NCBI GenBank assembly: GCA_965215265.1
Contig: OZ244048.1
Location: forward strand, 768,001-832,000
Direction of reading: 5' to 3'
Length of the DNA: 64,000 bases
Origin: Candidatus Poribacteria bacterium
GTDB taxonomy: Bacteria; Poribacteria; WGA-4E; WGA-3G
Shown piece by piece: positions 49,153-59,937 of the stretch (position 1 is its first letter; each line of letters opens with the position of its first letter). The position numbers were made by a program, and so were the translations under genes. The notes beneath the pieces were generated by a model that made no database searches, was not told where the DNA came from, and saw only the letters and a program-made list of their open reading frames with translations.

Positions 49153-49247
49153 CGACTAGGCAGTGCGCTTGTGTCAAATCAGAACGGATCTCCTCTATGG
49201 TAGCTCTGCATGAAAAACGAGATAAGAAAGCGTTGGCTCCATTTTTT

Positions 49248-49361
49248 GTATATCTCCGTACCATCAATGCGTATGTAATGATAACTCGTGTGTAAATCTC
49301 GTCGGAGACTACTTAGGTAATGTCTTTAAAATCATAACATCAAACGGCTCCGACGAGATTT
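49248..49361. repeat. Dispersed repeat copy with a 14-bp perfect inverted repeat
   Basis: AAATCTCGTCGGAG (49294-49307) / CTCCGACGAGATTT (49348-49361); left part matches 27091 and 51496. Confidence 0.8.
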
Positions 49362-49432
49362 GTAAGGGATTCAAAATAGCAGCAGCCTGGATTGGGTGCC
49401 TGTAGACAAACAAAAAATCCGTGAGAAAGGGC

Positions 49433-49461
49433 TTGACAATTCGGCAAAAATTTTCTATACT
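49433..49461 (+). promoter_or_regulatory. Sigma-70 promoter of the TA remnant / methyltransferase
   Basis: TTGACA-17 nt-TATACT, ending 7 nt before ATG 49468. Confidence 0.7.
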
Positions 49462-49467
49462 TGAGAT

Positions 49468-49735
49468 ATGCAAAGTCGCACCAGGCAGATACTCGTCTAT
49501 ACTACGCCAAGCGAACGTAATCCTTATCGGCAATGGTACACGCGGATTACAGATGAAAAGGCGAAGATAAATATCTCTCATAGAATTGGACTTTACGAGC
49601 AGATAACTTTGGCGATTTCAAGCAACTGAGCGCTAGAAGAAGTAGCAGAAGCACAAGGCGGAATTGCTTTCCTTGTGGCATAGACACAACTCAGTTATCA
49701 GAATCTTACTTATCTTCAAAATTCTGGACATTCGG
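49468..49735 (+). pseudogene. Decayed RelE/HigB-type toxin fused by deletion to an HTH antitoxin fragment
   Basis: MQSRTRQILVYTTPSERNPYRQWYTRITDEKAKINISHRIG, frameshift, LRADNFGDFKQL, then ALEEVAEAQGGIAFLVA*TQLSYQNL. Confidence 0.7.
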
Positions 49736-49744
49736 AGGAACACG

Positions 49745-51488
49745 ATGAAAATCAGCCCTGTTAAAGGGAGAGCGATGCTTCATTGGGTGGGCAAACGCCC
49801 CCTCGAGACGGTGAGCAACTATCCCGCCCAATTGGTGGAAACTTATAACGTTGAAGACCCAGAGACAGAGCCGCTATATGGTAGATTTTTGGAGGGGCCG
49901 AACCTCCTCTTTCACGGCGATAACAAGGAAATTCTCTCCACCTTACTTGTCAACGGCTTCCGTGGCAAGATAGATCTCATCTACATTGACCCGCCCTTTG
50001 CTAGTGGTGCAGACTATGTCCGAAAGGTGAAACTCCGCGGCATTAGAGGGACTATCCTGAGTGAAGGTGCTGGGAACCCAGGTGGGAGTAGGGGGGGGTA
50101 AACCCGCTTCTTTAACAGGCGAAGGTCCCTCCATTATTGAACAGACACAATACACCGACATCTGGGCGAATGACACTTATCTCCAGTTCATGTTTGAGCG
50201 GCTTATCTTGATGCGAGAGCTGCTGAGTGAAAAAGGGAGCATCTACCTGCACTGCGACTGGCATAAGAGCCATCATCTCCGTATGCTCCTCGATGAAGTA
50301 TTCGGCGAACAGAACTTCGTCAATGAGATTATCTGGTGCTACACAGGGCCGTCTCGGAAAAATAAATTCTTCCCACGGAAACATGACACCATACATCTTT
50401 ATAGCAAGGTAAGAGATCACATTATTTTTAACATGGATGAAATAAAAATCCCGTACAAAAAAACACGGACAGGCACATCTAAGGGATCAGCATTCTTGCA
50501 GGATGACTATGAGATGGACGAAGCGGGTAAGGTTCCTGAAGATTGGTGGGATAATATAACACCGGTTGGACGAAAACCTCACGAACTGTTGGGGTTTCCC
50601 ACGCAAAAAACTGAAGCTCTGATAGAAAGGATTATTAAGGTGTCAAGCAATGAAGACTCCATCGTGCTGGATTGCTTTGTAGGAAGTGGCACCACCGCAG
50701 TCGTCGCTGAAAAACTCGGCAGACGCTGGATCGCCGTAGATTTGAACAGAGGCGCGATACAGACGACAATGAAACGCATCCAGACAACTATTGCCGAACA
50801 CCGCGGAATCGCTCACTATCGCATTAATAACTATCACTTTAGCGAACAACAGGAACTCCGCAGGCTCCTCATCGAAAAGTATGGCATAGAAACGGACAAG
50901 AAAGACCGCTTCTTTGACGGCACCGTAGACGGAACCCTCGTCAAAATCGTTGAACTGACAAAACCGCTCACCCGATTAGATATTCAGCTTATCAAAGACG
51001 AACTGCAGCACCGCCCGGATGAGACGCGCGCGGTGACGGTGCTCTGCAACGGTAGCGAGCTGGGAATACAAGCCGAACTTGACGCAGAAAACAAGCATCA
51101 CCCGATTAATAAACTCATCGTGCGGGACATCCAACGCGACGGCGTCACCACCTTCGCCCCTGCTGAAGCAGAAGTTGACTTCAAAAGAGACAGGCAACAC
51201 GTTACCATCACCCTCGTAGATTATATCAGTCCGAGCCTCTTAGGGCGTTTGGAGATAGCCCGCACCCTCTTTGACGAACAAATAGATGATTTCCGTGCGC
51301 AGATTGATTGCGTGCTGATAGATACGGACTACAACGGCAGGCATTTCAGAATCGTTGAGAGTGATGTGCCGGAGAAGCAGCGCGATTTTATCAAGGGCCA
51401 ATACACGGTAGTGCTGCCGCACCCTGATGCCCGCGTTGCCGTCAAGATTATTGATATGCTGGGTGAGGAAACCGTGGTAACAGAATAA
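49745..51488 (+). pseudogene. Beta-class (Type III Mod-like) DNA methyltransferase split by a frameshift near the G8 tract at 50091-50098
   Basis: IDLIYIDPPF in ORF 49745-50101; YTDIW, GSIYLHCD, FPTQKTEAL and DCFVGSGTT in the +1 frame to 51488. Confidence 0.85.
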
Positions 51489-51495
51489 ACAGTTC

Positions 51496-51726
51496 GTATC
51501 TCTCCGTACCGTCAACGCTTATGTCGTGAGTCCTCGTGTGTAAATCTCGTCGCCCGCCCACCTAAATCCTCTCTCTGTTTAGATTCATAGCATAAGAACC
51601 CTCTGGCGAGATTTGTGCTTAGGTTTTCAAAACATAAAGAGTTGTTGGGCTGAAAGAGACGAAAAAACGAGATTTATACAGTGATTGACACAACATCAAC
51701 CGTTGATGGGCTGAAAGAGACGAAAA
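51496..51726. repeat. Dispersed repeat cluster (direct copy, inverted copy, 20-bp duplication)
   Basis: 51496-51552 matches 49248; inverted relative about 51667-51720; TGGGCTGAAAGAGACGAAAA at 51646 and 51707. Confidence 0.7.
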
Positions 51727-51942
51727 GAGGTATTTTATCATAAACCGACTGCTTTTCTCACGCTTTTCCAAACAAAAACCTTTCATGACAAACCTTCAAA
51801 AAAAATGGGGGGTAAGTGACACACTATTTTAACTTGACTTTTTGCGTGGAGTGTATTAGACTTTAACGTTAAGTCAAAAAACCACTGGAAATCCGGGTAT
51901 CTCTTTCATACAATAACAGTGGGTGTAATAGGAGAAATAGTC

Positions 51943-52506
51943 ATGCAAATCGCAAGACTTGTGCCGCGTAATATTAGACTACCTTCGGGTGAAAATTGCA
52001 CGTCCTTATGGAAAAGGCTGCCCGAGCAGCGGCACCGTACGCTATGGATAAAGCGAGCAATAGGAATATCAATCTTTCTTGCACTCTGTGGTTTGATCGC
52101 AGTCGCCGAAAAAAATGGGGCTCAACAACAAGGTATTACCTTGGCAGACCTTGGCGTAACGCCGGCACAGAAAACCCAAATTGAAGCGATGTGGACGCTG
52201 AAACGCCAGAAACAGATAAAGGCAGTCGAAGATTTGAAACGTTTGAATCGACTTTCGAAAGACTCACTGGCTACAGAAATGAAAATTAAAGAGACATTGG
52301 AAAAGATTCGTGCAGAACGGCAGGAGATGCAGCAACAGATCGAGCAGCATGAAGAAGAGTTGATTCAGACGTTGTTGCCACGTGCACAACTGCATCTGAC
52401 ACTCCTGGGCGTGTTGGATAATGGGCTGCCTCGCCGAATTGTGAAGCCACAATATGAGAAAACAACGCAAGAAACGCCGCCGAAAACGCGTGCAACCCAA
52501 AAATAA
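51943..52506 (+). CDS. Membrane-anchored helical protein, Spy/CpxP-like
   Basis: One TM helix then DLGVTPAQKTQIEA and coiled coil; AGGAG RBS. Confidence 0.55.
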   Translation: MQIARLVPRNIRLPSGENCTSLWKRLPEQRHRTLWIKRAIGISIFLALCGLIAVAEKNGAQQQGITLADLGVTPAQKTQIEAMWTLKRQKQIKAVEDLKRLNRLSKDSLATEMKIKETLEKIRAERQEMQQQIEQHEEELIQTLLPRAQLHLTLLGVLDNGLPRRIVKPQYEKTTQETPPKTRATQK

Positions 52507-52516
52507 AAATAAAAAG

Positions 52517-52589
<73 letters not shown>

Positions 52590-52657
52590 ACGCGATGATC
52601 TAATTATCTTAATTATACCATATCTACACCGGAAATGCAAATTTTTTTTAAAGAATT

Positions 52658-53491
52658 ATGAAAACGCACAAACCAGACCTATTTTTTGATTTCGCCAGGC
52701 AACCAGATAACGAGATTGATTTGGCAACGGGCGCACTACTTATTGCACAAAGCAGTTACCCAGAACTGAATATAGATACTTATCTGCAGCAACTGGATGA
52801 GATGGCAGACGTTGTGAGGCAACGTCTCAATGGCGTAACCCTCCCGGACCACCAGATCGCTCAATTGAATCGCTATCTCTTTACGGAACAACTTTTTAGA
52901 GGCGACTATGAAAACTACGGTGCCTTGGATAATAACTTCATCAACGCTGTACTGGATAGGAAAATCGGGATGCCGATTACTCTCTCTATTGTCTACATTG
53001 AAGTCGGTAAACGGGCTGGTTTACCACTCGTGGGTGTCAATTTCCCGACCCATTTTATTGTAAAATACAAGCGCCAATACCTCGATATTTTTATTGACCC
53101 ATCTCAGTCTGGAATGCACATGTCAGAACTACTCCTTGAAGAAAAATTAAGCGAAAACCTCGGAAAATCAGTAGAGCTCGAATCGAGTATGTTATTAGAA
53201 GCGACCCCTAGGGAGATCTTAGCACGTATGTTACGGAATCTCATACGTGCCTACACGCACCTTGAACAAGAGGATAAGGCATTGCAAGCTGCACAACGCA
53301 TCACATGGCTCCTCCCGAAATCTGCGGTGGACCTTCAACACTTCGGCTTCCTACTTTGTAAAAATCATGCATACAACGACGCAATTTCTACTTTTGAAAA
53401 ATGCATCGAACTAGAAGAAGATCTAACAGAGGTGGCGATGCTTGAGGAAAATATCCAACTTGCTCGCCAATTCCTCGCACGATTCAATTAG
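52658..53491 (+). CDS. SirB1/YchA (transglutaminase-like + TPR) protein
   Basis: VLDRKIGMPITLSIVYIEVGKR, GVNFPTHF, ILARMLRNL. Confidence 0.85.
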   Translation: MKTHKPDLFFDFARQPDNEIDLATGALLIAQSSYPELNIDTYLQQLDEMADVVRQRLNGVTLPDHQIAQLNRYLFTEQLFRGDYENYGALDNNFINAVLDRKIGMPITLSIVYIEVGKRAGLPLVGVNFPTHFIVKYKRQYLDIFIDPSQSGMHMSELLLEEKLSENLGKSVELESSMLLEATPREILARMLRNLIRAYTHLEQEDKALQAAQRITWLLPKSAVDLQHFGFLLCKNHAYNDAISTFEKCIELEEDLTEVAMLEENIQLARQFLARFN

Positions 53492-53809
53492 GAACGGTTT
53501 GACAGCCCCTTTGAATATGTGTTAATATGTTATTATGAGTCTGATTGGAAAACCACAATTTGCCGGTGAAATACACAACTGAAAATAAATTCAGCAACCC
53601 TCTACGTGAAGACAGTACAAAATTAACGATGGTTCTACCCATTAAAAACAACAAACCGGTAAATTTCAAATATCACGAAGCCCCGTTCCGGGATTGCATT
53701 TGCTCTGAACAAAAATTTTCCGGTGAGATGGATTGTTTATTTACGTATAGACAGTTGTTGGGTTTGAGAACTACCTCCCTAACATTCTAATCGCGATTCC
53801 AAACAAAGG

Positions 53810-55138
53810 TTGTTAACAAAATTGAGATACTCAGATTTTTTAAGGTTACGTGCTTTCGGGCTTTTGCTCTTAATTGGAGGGCTGTGCAGCTTTCCAATTG
53901 GTGAAGTTGCCTCAGAACCCGAGACGACAGAAATATCAGAAACCCGCTTCCCTAAACCACACAACAACTTCGCAACGGTTCCTGTTGCGGATGGCAGTTC
54001 CGATAACTATCAAAACGCTATTCCATCTGCTTTTGATAGTGTAGCAGCCCCCAAACACGCTACATCTGCTAAAAACCCTGGTACCAGCATTAACTTATCT
54101 ACATATAAATTGCAAATCGGTGACACGTTTGTGGTAACAGTTGAAGGATACCCAGAGTATAGCAAAGAACGGACCCCTATTCCGATCCAGCGTGACGGTT
54201 ACATTTCTTACCCTCTCATCGGTATTATCGAGGCGATAGGGTTAACGGTTTCCGAACTCGAGTCGCGGATGCAAAAGGCTTTTTCGCAACACCTGCAGAA
54301 TCCACGTGTGTTCGTAACACTTATGCAAACCAGACGCAACATTCTCGTGCTGGGAGCCATAGAAATGAGGGCAAGAGGAAATCCGCATGTCTTTGAAACA
54401 GGGCAGGTTTATCTCATGCATGCCTTAGCGGCGGCAGGCATCAACTATGAACTCGCAGATCTTACCAAGATTACTATCTGGCGCGATGGAAAACTTTACA
54501 AACAGGTAGATTTCCTAAAACTTCTTGAGGCAGGTGGCCCCGATATTCCACTCATAGACTATGATGTAATCATTATCCCCTCCATTTTCCAGCAACGGCC
54601 GATCCGGGTTATCGGTGCAGTCGTGGCACCTGGTATCTATCCGATCCGCTCACAGCAGATTCCGGCGATTCAGGCTTTAAAACTCGCCGGGGGGTCCAGA
54701 GCCGATTTCGCAGATCTGAGCAAGGCTGAAATCATCACGAACACCGAACGTATCTCTGTTGACTTGACAGCTGATAACGTGGATTCAATGTTGGGAGCGG
54801 GCGATACCTTATACATACCGCTCGCTGAAGCAAAAATTAGCATTATTGGTGCCGTAGATAAACCTGCCGAATACATTGTCACTGAACCTGTGCTTTTAGC
54901 AAAAGCAATTGCCATGGCAGGTGGATTGGACGAAGAGCGAGCAAACCCGAAAAAATGCATCTTGACGCGCGCAGATGGGACACAAGAGGAAATTAACTTT
55001 GATTTGATGCACTCAGAAATTTATCTCTACCCTAACGATCAACTCCGCGTTCGGGAACGCACGCGAATCGATTGGCGCGTCTTAAATTTTGCAGCATCTG
55101 CCGCCAGTCTCGTTGTTAACGTCTTGCTAAGATTTTAG
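53810..55138 (+). CDS. Polysaccharide export protein (Wza/SLBB domains; start uncertain)
   Basis: YKLQIGD, DGYISYPLIG, repeated V/I-I-G-A-V-x-x-P SLBB units. Confidence 0.85.
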   Translation: MLTKLRYSDFLRLRAFGLLLLIGGLCSFPIGEVASEPETTEISETRFPKPHNNFATVPVADGSSDNYQNAIPSAFDSVAAPKHATSAKNPGTSINLSTYKLQIGDTFVVTVEGYPEYSKERTPIPIQRDGYISYPLIGIIEAIGLTVSELESRMQKAFSQHLQNPRVFVTLMQTRRNILVLGAIEMRARGNPHVFETGQVYLMHALAAAGINYELADLTKITIWRDGKLYKQVDFLKLLEAGGPDIPLIDYDVIIIPSIFQQRPIRVIGAVVAPGIYPIRSQQIPAIQALKLAGGSRADFADLSKAEIITNTERISVDLTADNVDSMLGAGDTLYIPLAEAKISIIGAVDKPAEYIVTEPVLLAKAIAMAGGLDEERANPKKCILTRADGTQEEINFDLMHSEIYLYPNDQLRVRERTRIDWRVLNFAASAASLVVNVLLRF

Positions 55139-55341
55139 ATAGCCTGCAACAGAGAAGCAAACTGTGCACACTTCAATCATTCAAAGAATTCACAAACCCC
55201 CAAGCAACAAGCAGCAATTTACCAGATCAACGCTACGAATTTTCGCACGCAATTAAGCGTTAAGCACAGAAGTCCTTGTAGTTTTGATGCACACTGAGAG
55301 AAGGGGTTTGAAAACCAAAGAGAAAAAACATGAGGTAATCT

Positions 55342-57768
55342 ATGCCAGAAACCATTGATAGGCACCTTGAAGAAATTAGGGAAATCCGATTATCAGACTA
55401 CTTTTGGATACTTTTTCGGAATAAATGGAGTGTCATCTGCATTTTTTTGCTCACCATTTCCGCGGCGTTTCTTGTAACTGACTTCACTCCACCGGTTTAT
55501 CAGGCAGAGACAACAATTCGCGTTGTTGACAGCCAACAAGCACCTTCGTTCCTCTCACAGATCCCGTTATCCGGATTATTTGGAAGTACTTCATTAGGGG
55601 CTTATGCAGCCCAATTGCAGTCCCGTGACCAAGTCATCGCACCCACCGTACGGCAAATGAGGACCGAAGGTTTATTAGAACCTTTGCCGATCCACCGGGC
55701 AAAGTCTCTCGTATGGGTTGCTAACATGCTTAACATTGAACTCGCACAAGACGCTACAGAACAAGGAGAACTCAGCCTAACAGAGTGGGAGGACTTCTTC
55801 ATCAAAACCCTTATTGATGAACAATTAAAAGTTGAAGAATCGCCAGACGGCAATGTGATTACCGTTACAGTACAACAACGGACTCCGGAACGGGCACAGC
55901 AGCTAAGCAATCGGATTGTCGCCGTCTTTCAACAACTTGTTGAGGCAGAAACAAAAAAACAGATACAGTGGTGGGAAAAACAGAAACCGCAAGCGATGCT
56001 GACGCAAACGAAGCAGAACCTTAAAACCGCTGAAGAGGAACTCTTTCAATTTCAGCGAGATTATCCAGAAATTACCTTAAATGTAGAGGGAAATACACAC
56101 GCGCAGCTTATCCTAGCCCTACAACTAAACGAAAATGAGTTAAGCGGGCTCTTGTCAGGTGCCGAATTGAAACTTTCAGCCTATCAAGAGGAATTGGAGA
56201 AACTTGAGGAGGATTTAGTATCCGAAACAGTCACAACAAATCCTTCATACTCCAGACTAAAAGACAATTTGCACGAATATGAGATCGAACGCTCAGGGCT
56301 CATCGGAAAATACGATGAAACGCACCCTGATATTGCCGCTTTGGATAAAAAAATTGCCGAAACAGAAACACGATTGGCTGAGGAGGAAAAACAGATAACC
56401 AGTACAACCACGGCTTACAACCCATTACACCAGATGCTCTCTGAAAAAATCAATGAAGCAGATGCAACAATTAAGAGCCTTGTAGAGCAGCAGGCAAAAG
56501 TCGCTAACCAGATTAAAAGTCTCCTCGCGCAACTTAGCACCTGGTCAGAGATGCAGATGCGCTTGTTCCGGCTCAAAAGAGATGTTGAAATTTACAACGC
56601 ACAGGTTGTTGCATTAGAAACAAGAATGCAGGAGTCTGAAATTATCACCGAAGCACGGACAGAAGCGATTAAGGTCTTAGATATGGCACGGGCCCCCGAA
56701 GAACCCATCAAACCGCGGATGAAACTCAGTCTCGTTTTGGGAGGACTACTTGGCGCGATACTCGGTTTCACCTTTGCTGTTGCAAAGAACTACTTCCAAG
56801 ATACATACTTAAGGTTAGAAGAGGCTGTCCGGCAATTGGAATCTCTCCCGGCACCGCCGAGTTTCCTTGGTGTGATTCCGTCCATGAAAAAAAGCCGCTC
56901 AGACCTATCACCTCTGATTGTTCATGGTGCACCTAGTTCCACAGCTGCTGAAGCGTTCCAAGTACTCCAAGCGAAGCTGCCCTTTCTGAAACCCGGGAGT
57001 GAACTGAAAACCGTGCTCGTTACCAGTGCCACACGCGGTGAAGGGAAAAGCACCATCTCCGCGAATTTGGCCGCAGTAATTGCACAAAACGGAAATAAAG
57101 TACTACTAATAGATGCAGATATGCGCCGGCCTTCCCAGCATAAGGCTTTTCCTATAGCCATGCAGAACGAATCCGACTCATCAGCAAACAGCCTTGAGAC
57201 ATCTGAAAATAACGGGACCGACTACGATACTTCTGATCAAACAGACACGTCATCTCATACACCGCACCGGCGTTCTCAAAATAACATACAAAGAAAATTC
57301 CGCAAACCCGGGCTAAGCGAAGCACTCATTCATATCACGCCACAAAACGGATACGACGTGTTTCAAGCGACAGTTAAATCTACCGGTATTCCGAATTTGC
57401 ATCTCGTATCCGGCGGCACTGTGCCACCGAATCCAGTTGAACTTCTGAATTCAGAAATGATGACACAATGGCTCGAATTGGCAAAATCGGATTACGATGT
57501 TGTTGTGATTGACTCGCCACCTGTCCGTGCTGTCGCAGACCCCGTAATTCTTGCGACCATCGTTGACGCTGTCGTTTATGTATTTGACATCACAAAAACC
57601 CGACGCTTTGATATGCTCACAGGAGTACGCCACCTGACAGAAATCTTACCGACGCAGGGCATTGGAGTCCTCTGTAATATGATTAATCCCAAACATGCTA
57701 AATCCTATGGGTACTACGGCCGCCATACGAGTTCCTACGAGATGGGAGATGAAGATAGTGACTCATAG
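55342..57768 (+). CDS. Polysaccharide co-polymerase / tyrosine autokinase (Wzc-like)
   Basis: Two TM helices, periplasmic coiled coil, GEGKST, LIDADMRRP, IDSPP, Tyr cluster SYGYYG. Confidence 0.92.
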   Translation: MPETIDRHLEEIREIRLSDYFWILFRNKWSVICIFLLTISAAFLVTDFTPPVYQAETTIRVVDSQQAPSFLSQIPLSGLFGSTSLGAYAAQLQSRDQVIAPTVRQMRTEGLLEPLPIHRAKSLVWVANMLNIELAQDATEQGELSLTEWEDFFIKTLIDEQLKVEESPDGNVITVTVQQRTPERAQQLSNRIVAVFQQLVEAETKKQIQWWEKQKPQAMLTQTKQNLKTAEEELFQFQRDYPEITLNVEGNTHAQLILALQLNENELSGLLSGAELKLSAYQEELEKLEEDLVSETVTTNPSYSRLKDNLHEYEIERSGLIGKYDETHPDIAALDKKIAETETRLAEEEKQITSTTTAYNPLHQMLSEKINEADATIKSLVEQQAKVANQIKSLLAQLSTWSEMQMRLFRLKRDVEIYNAQVVALETRMQESEIITEARTEAIKVLDMARAPEEPIKPRMKLSLVLGGLLGAILGFTFAVAKNYFQDTYLRLEEAVRQLESLPAPPSFLGVIPSMKKSRSDLSPLIVHGAPSSTAAEAFQVLQAKLPFLKPGSELKTVLVTSATRGEGKSTISANLAAVIAQNGNKVLLIDADMRRPSQHKAFPIAMQNESDSSANSLETSENNGTDYDTSDQTDTSSHTPHRRSQNNIQRKFRKPGLSEALIHITPQNGYDVFQATVKSTGIPNLHLVSGGTVPPNPVELLNSEMMTQWLELAKSDYDVVVIDSPPVRAVADPVILATIVDAVVYVFDITKTRRFDMLTGVRHLTEILPTQGIGVLCNMINPKHAKSYGYYGRHTSSYEMGDEDSDS

Positions 57769-57790
57769 CCATACCGCTTACTAAATGGAA

Positions 57791-57818
57791 AAGGCAGCGA
57801 ACGGCTGTTCACTGCCTT
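57791..57818. terminator. Putative bidirectional terminator between convergent genes
   Basis: AAGGCAGCGAAC-GGCT-GTTCACTGCCTT. Confidence 0.55.
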
Positions 57819-57848
57819 CTCTATGAGAGGTATGCTAACTGCTCCATT

Positions 57849-58589
57849 TCATTCAATCTCATAAACCACCGTGATGTTGACAGTGACAGTGAGCTCACCG
57901 GCTTGAATCGGTGTAGCAGTCTGCCTCAAATCAGCGGATGCCGCTTCATCATAAGCAATTGGGGACGGTCCAGAGGCATCGGTTACCTCAGAAATGGAAA
58001 CCGGTTTTCCAAGTGTCACGCCGCTCTCTTGTGCCAGGGTTCTAGCTTTCGCCTCTGCATCTTTAACTGCGAGCATACGTGCGTGCGTTGCTAATTCGCT
58101 GCTATCTTCAATTGCGAATTGAATTGAGTTAATAACCGCTAAATCTCCGCCGGCTCCAGCCGCATCGTCTATAATCTGGCTGAGGTTGTCAAGAGCTCGA
58201 ATCTTTGCTGTGACGTTGTTGCTCACGTTATAACCACGCAGTATTCGCTTCCCGTTGTTGTAGTCGTAAGCGGGTGAGATGTTGAACATCTGCGTTTGAA
58301 TGTCGGTTTCAGCAATGCTGTTGCTTTTCAAGGAATCCAACACCGCTGTCATTGCAGCTGCAGCTGCCTCCCGGGCTTCAGCAACGGTTGGCTTCTCAAC
58401 GTTCACCCCTAAACGAAGCATGGCGATATCGGGTTTACCCACAACGGAACCACTCCCAGCGACGTGTATCTGTCTACTATCCTCCGGAACTAGTAAAAAC
58501 GTCGTGGTGAGTTGTGAATCACACGCTGTAAAGGTCGTTATTCCTACCAATATACTTATACATAATAGGGAAAATTTTAATCTGTGCAT
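57849..58589 (-). CDS. SIMPL/DUF541 family protein
   Basis: IHVAGSGSVVGKPDIA, DIQTQMFNISPAY, AVKDAEAKA. Confidence 0.9.
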   Translation of the reverse strand: MHRLKFSLLCISILVGITTFTACDSQLTTTFLLVPEDSRQIHVAGSGSVVGKPDIAMLRLGVNVEKPTVAEAREAAAAAMTAVLDSLKSNSIAETDIQTQMFNISPAYDYNNGKRILRGYNVSNNVTAKIRALDNLSQIIDDAAGAGGDLAVINSIQFAIEDSSELATHARMLAVKDAEAKARTLAQESGVTLGKPVSISEVTDASGPSPIAYDEAASADLRQTATPIQAGELTVTVNITVVYEIE

Positions 58590-58701
58590 TCAAAATCTCC
58601 TTTAAGAATTGGCGAGACAAATTACAAATCCGGTCTGTCCTCTACACAGATGCTCGCCGTGCAAAAACGCTTGATGCGACTCATGCCTAAAATCGGGTTA
58701 A

Positions 58702-59844
58702 CTAATTACTCTCTTCAGGAATCACGAGCCGCGTCCGCCCCGTCAGGAGCTCCTGCATCATCGCCAGTTTGATGTCGCGCGTCTTCTCAACCTGTTTCTC
58801 CAGTGCAGCTAGCTCCCCATCCATATCCGATAATACCTCCGCGATGGCACGTTGCTCGGCAAGTAGCGGAAACCTAATCTCCAATGGCATCAAGTCAGTA
58901 GGATAAATGTGGGGTTGGACACCTCCTGTTTGTGCTTTATAAATGGTTTGTTGTAAAAATCGCAGATGATAATAGATAAAATCAATTAAAAAGCTGGAGT
59001 TTTCGCTAATAGTTAAGCAATCCGAAGCGAAGATTGGTTGATGATAGAGTGAAACAAACCCAGCACTCGCTCCAGAGCCACTAATAGTAATGGTCTTACC
59101 AGTACGATTGGCAGCATTGTGAAAGTACGCAGGTTTCTTACCACCAGCGATGACAGGAATGGGTCCAGGCACGACATCCTTCTGGGTAATAGGGGATCCC
59201 CTTTGAATCTCTGTAATCTCCCCTAATCGCTTCGTCTGCCACTCGTCTGTGAACCCCGGCAGTCGCGTTTTACCCGTCAGCAGTTGCTGCATCGCCGCGA
59301 GTTTTATCGCCTGCTTCTTTGCAATCAGCGCCTCCAACGAGTTGATGAGTCCATCCACATCCGATAAGACTTCCGCGATGGCAGCTTGTTCTTTTATATT
59401 TTCAGGAAAACGAACAACCATCCCACGGAATTTTGGCAGGCTTATGACATACCGCGTTCCACTCCCATCACACTCTCTGCTGGCTTGATCGAGGAATCCC
59501 TTCGTGTCAAAAACATAAGCACGAAAGCGAAGGTCCCAATTCGTTTTCAAACGCAACCGGATAACGTGATAACTATAAACACCATCCGGAATATCCTCCA
59601 TTGCTACCGCACAGCGACCTATATCTTCACGTATCTCCGAGGAGGGCGTGAAGAAAATATCACCCTTTTCAACTGCAAAGCGCCGAACCTGATCCGGTTT
59701 CGCTGTAACATAGTGCGTCAAATCTTTTGAATACAAAAAGGTCTTGTTGTAGACATCAAGATAGTTCACAAGCCGGACAGGCAACTCATCACGACTCACT
59801 TTTTTGTTAACTCCAGTTCCTGTTATGTCACCAATTTCCCCCAA
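58702..59844 (-). CDS. hsdS: Type I R-M specificity subunit (true start unresolved)
   Basis: Two TRD/conserved-region units: EQxAIAEVLSD and MQxLLTGxTRL twice; WQTKRLGEI twice. Confidence 0.9.
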   Translation of the reverse strand: MGEIGDITGTGVNKKVSRDELPVRLVNYLDVYNKTFLYSKDLTHYVTAKPDQVRRFAVEKGDIFFTPSSEIREDIGRCAVAMEDIPDGVYSYHVIRLRLKTNWDLRFRAYVFDTKGFLDQASRECDGSGTRYVISLPKFRGMVVRFPENIKEQAAIAEVLSDVDGLINSLEALIAKKQAIKLAAMQQLLTGKTRLPGFTDEWQTKRLGEITEIQRGSPITQKDVVPGPIPVIAGGKKPAYFHNAANRTGKTITISGSGASAGFVSLYHQPIFASDCLTISENSSFLIDFIYYHLRFLQQTIYKAQTGGVQPHIYPTDLMPLEIRFPLLAEQRAIAEVLSDMDGELAALEKQVEKTRDIKLAMMQELLTGRTRLVIPEESN

Positions 59845-59937
59845 TCGCTTCGTCTGCCACGCCCCGCTGAACCGCTTTGGGGAGGGCTTGAAATCACGCG
59901 AACTGTCCGACTCACACGGAGCTTGGGTTGTGTTTGC

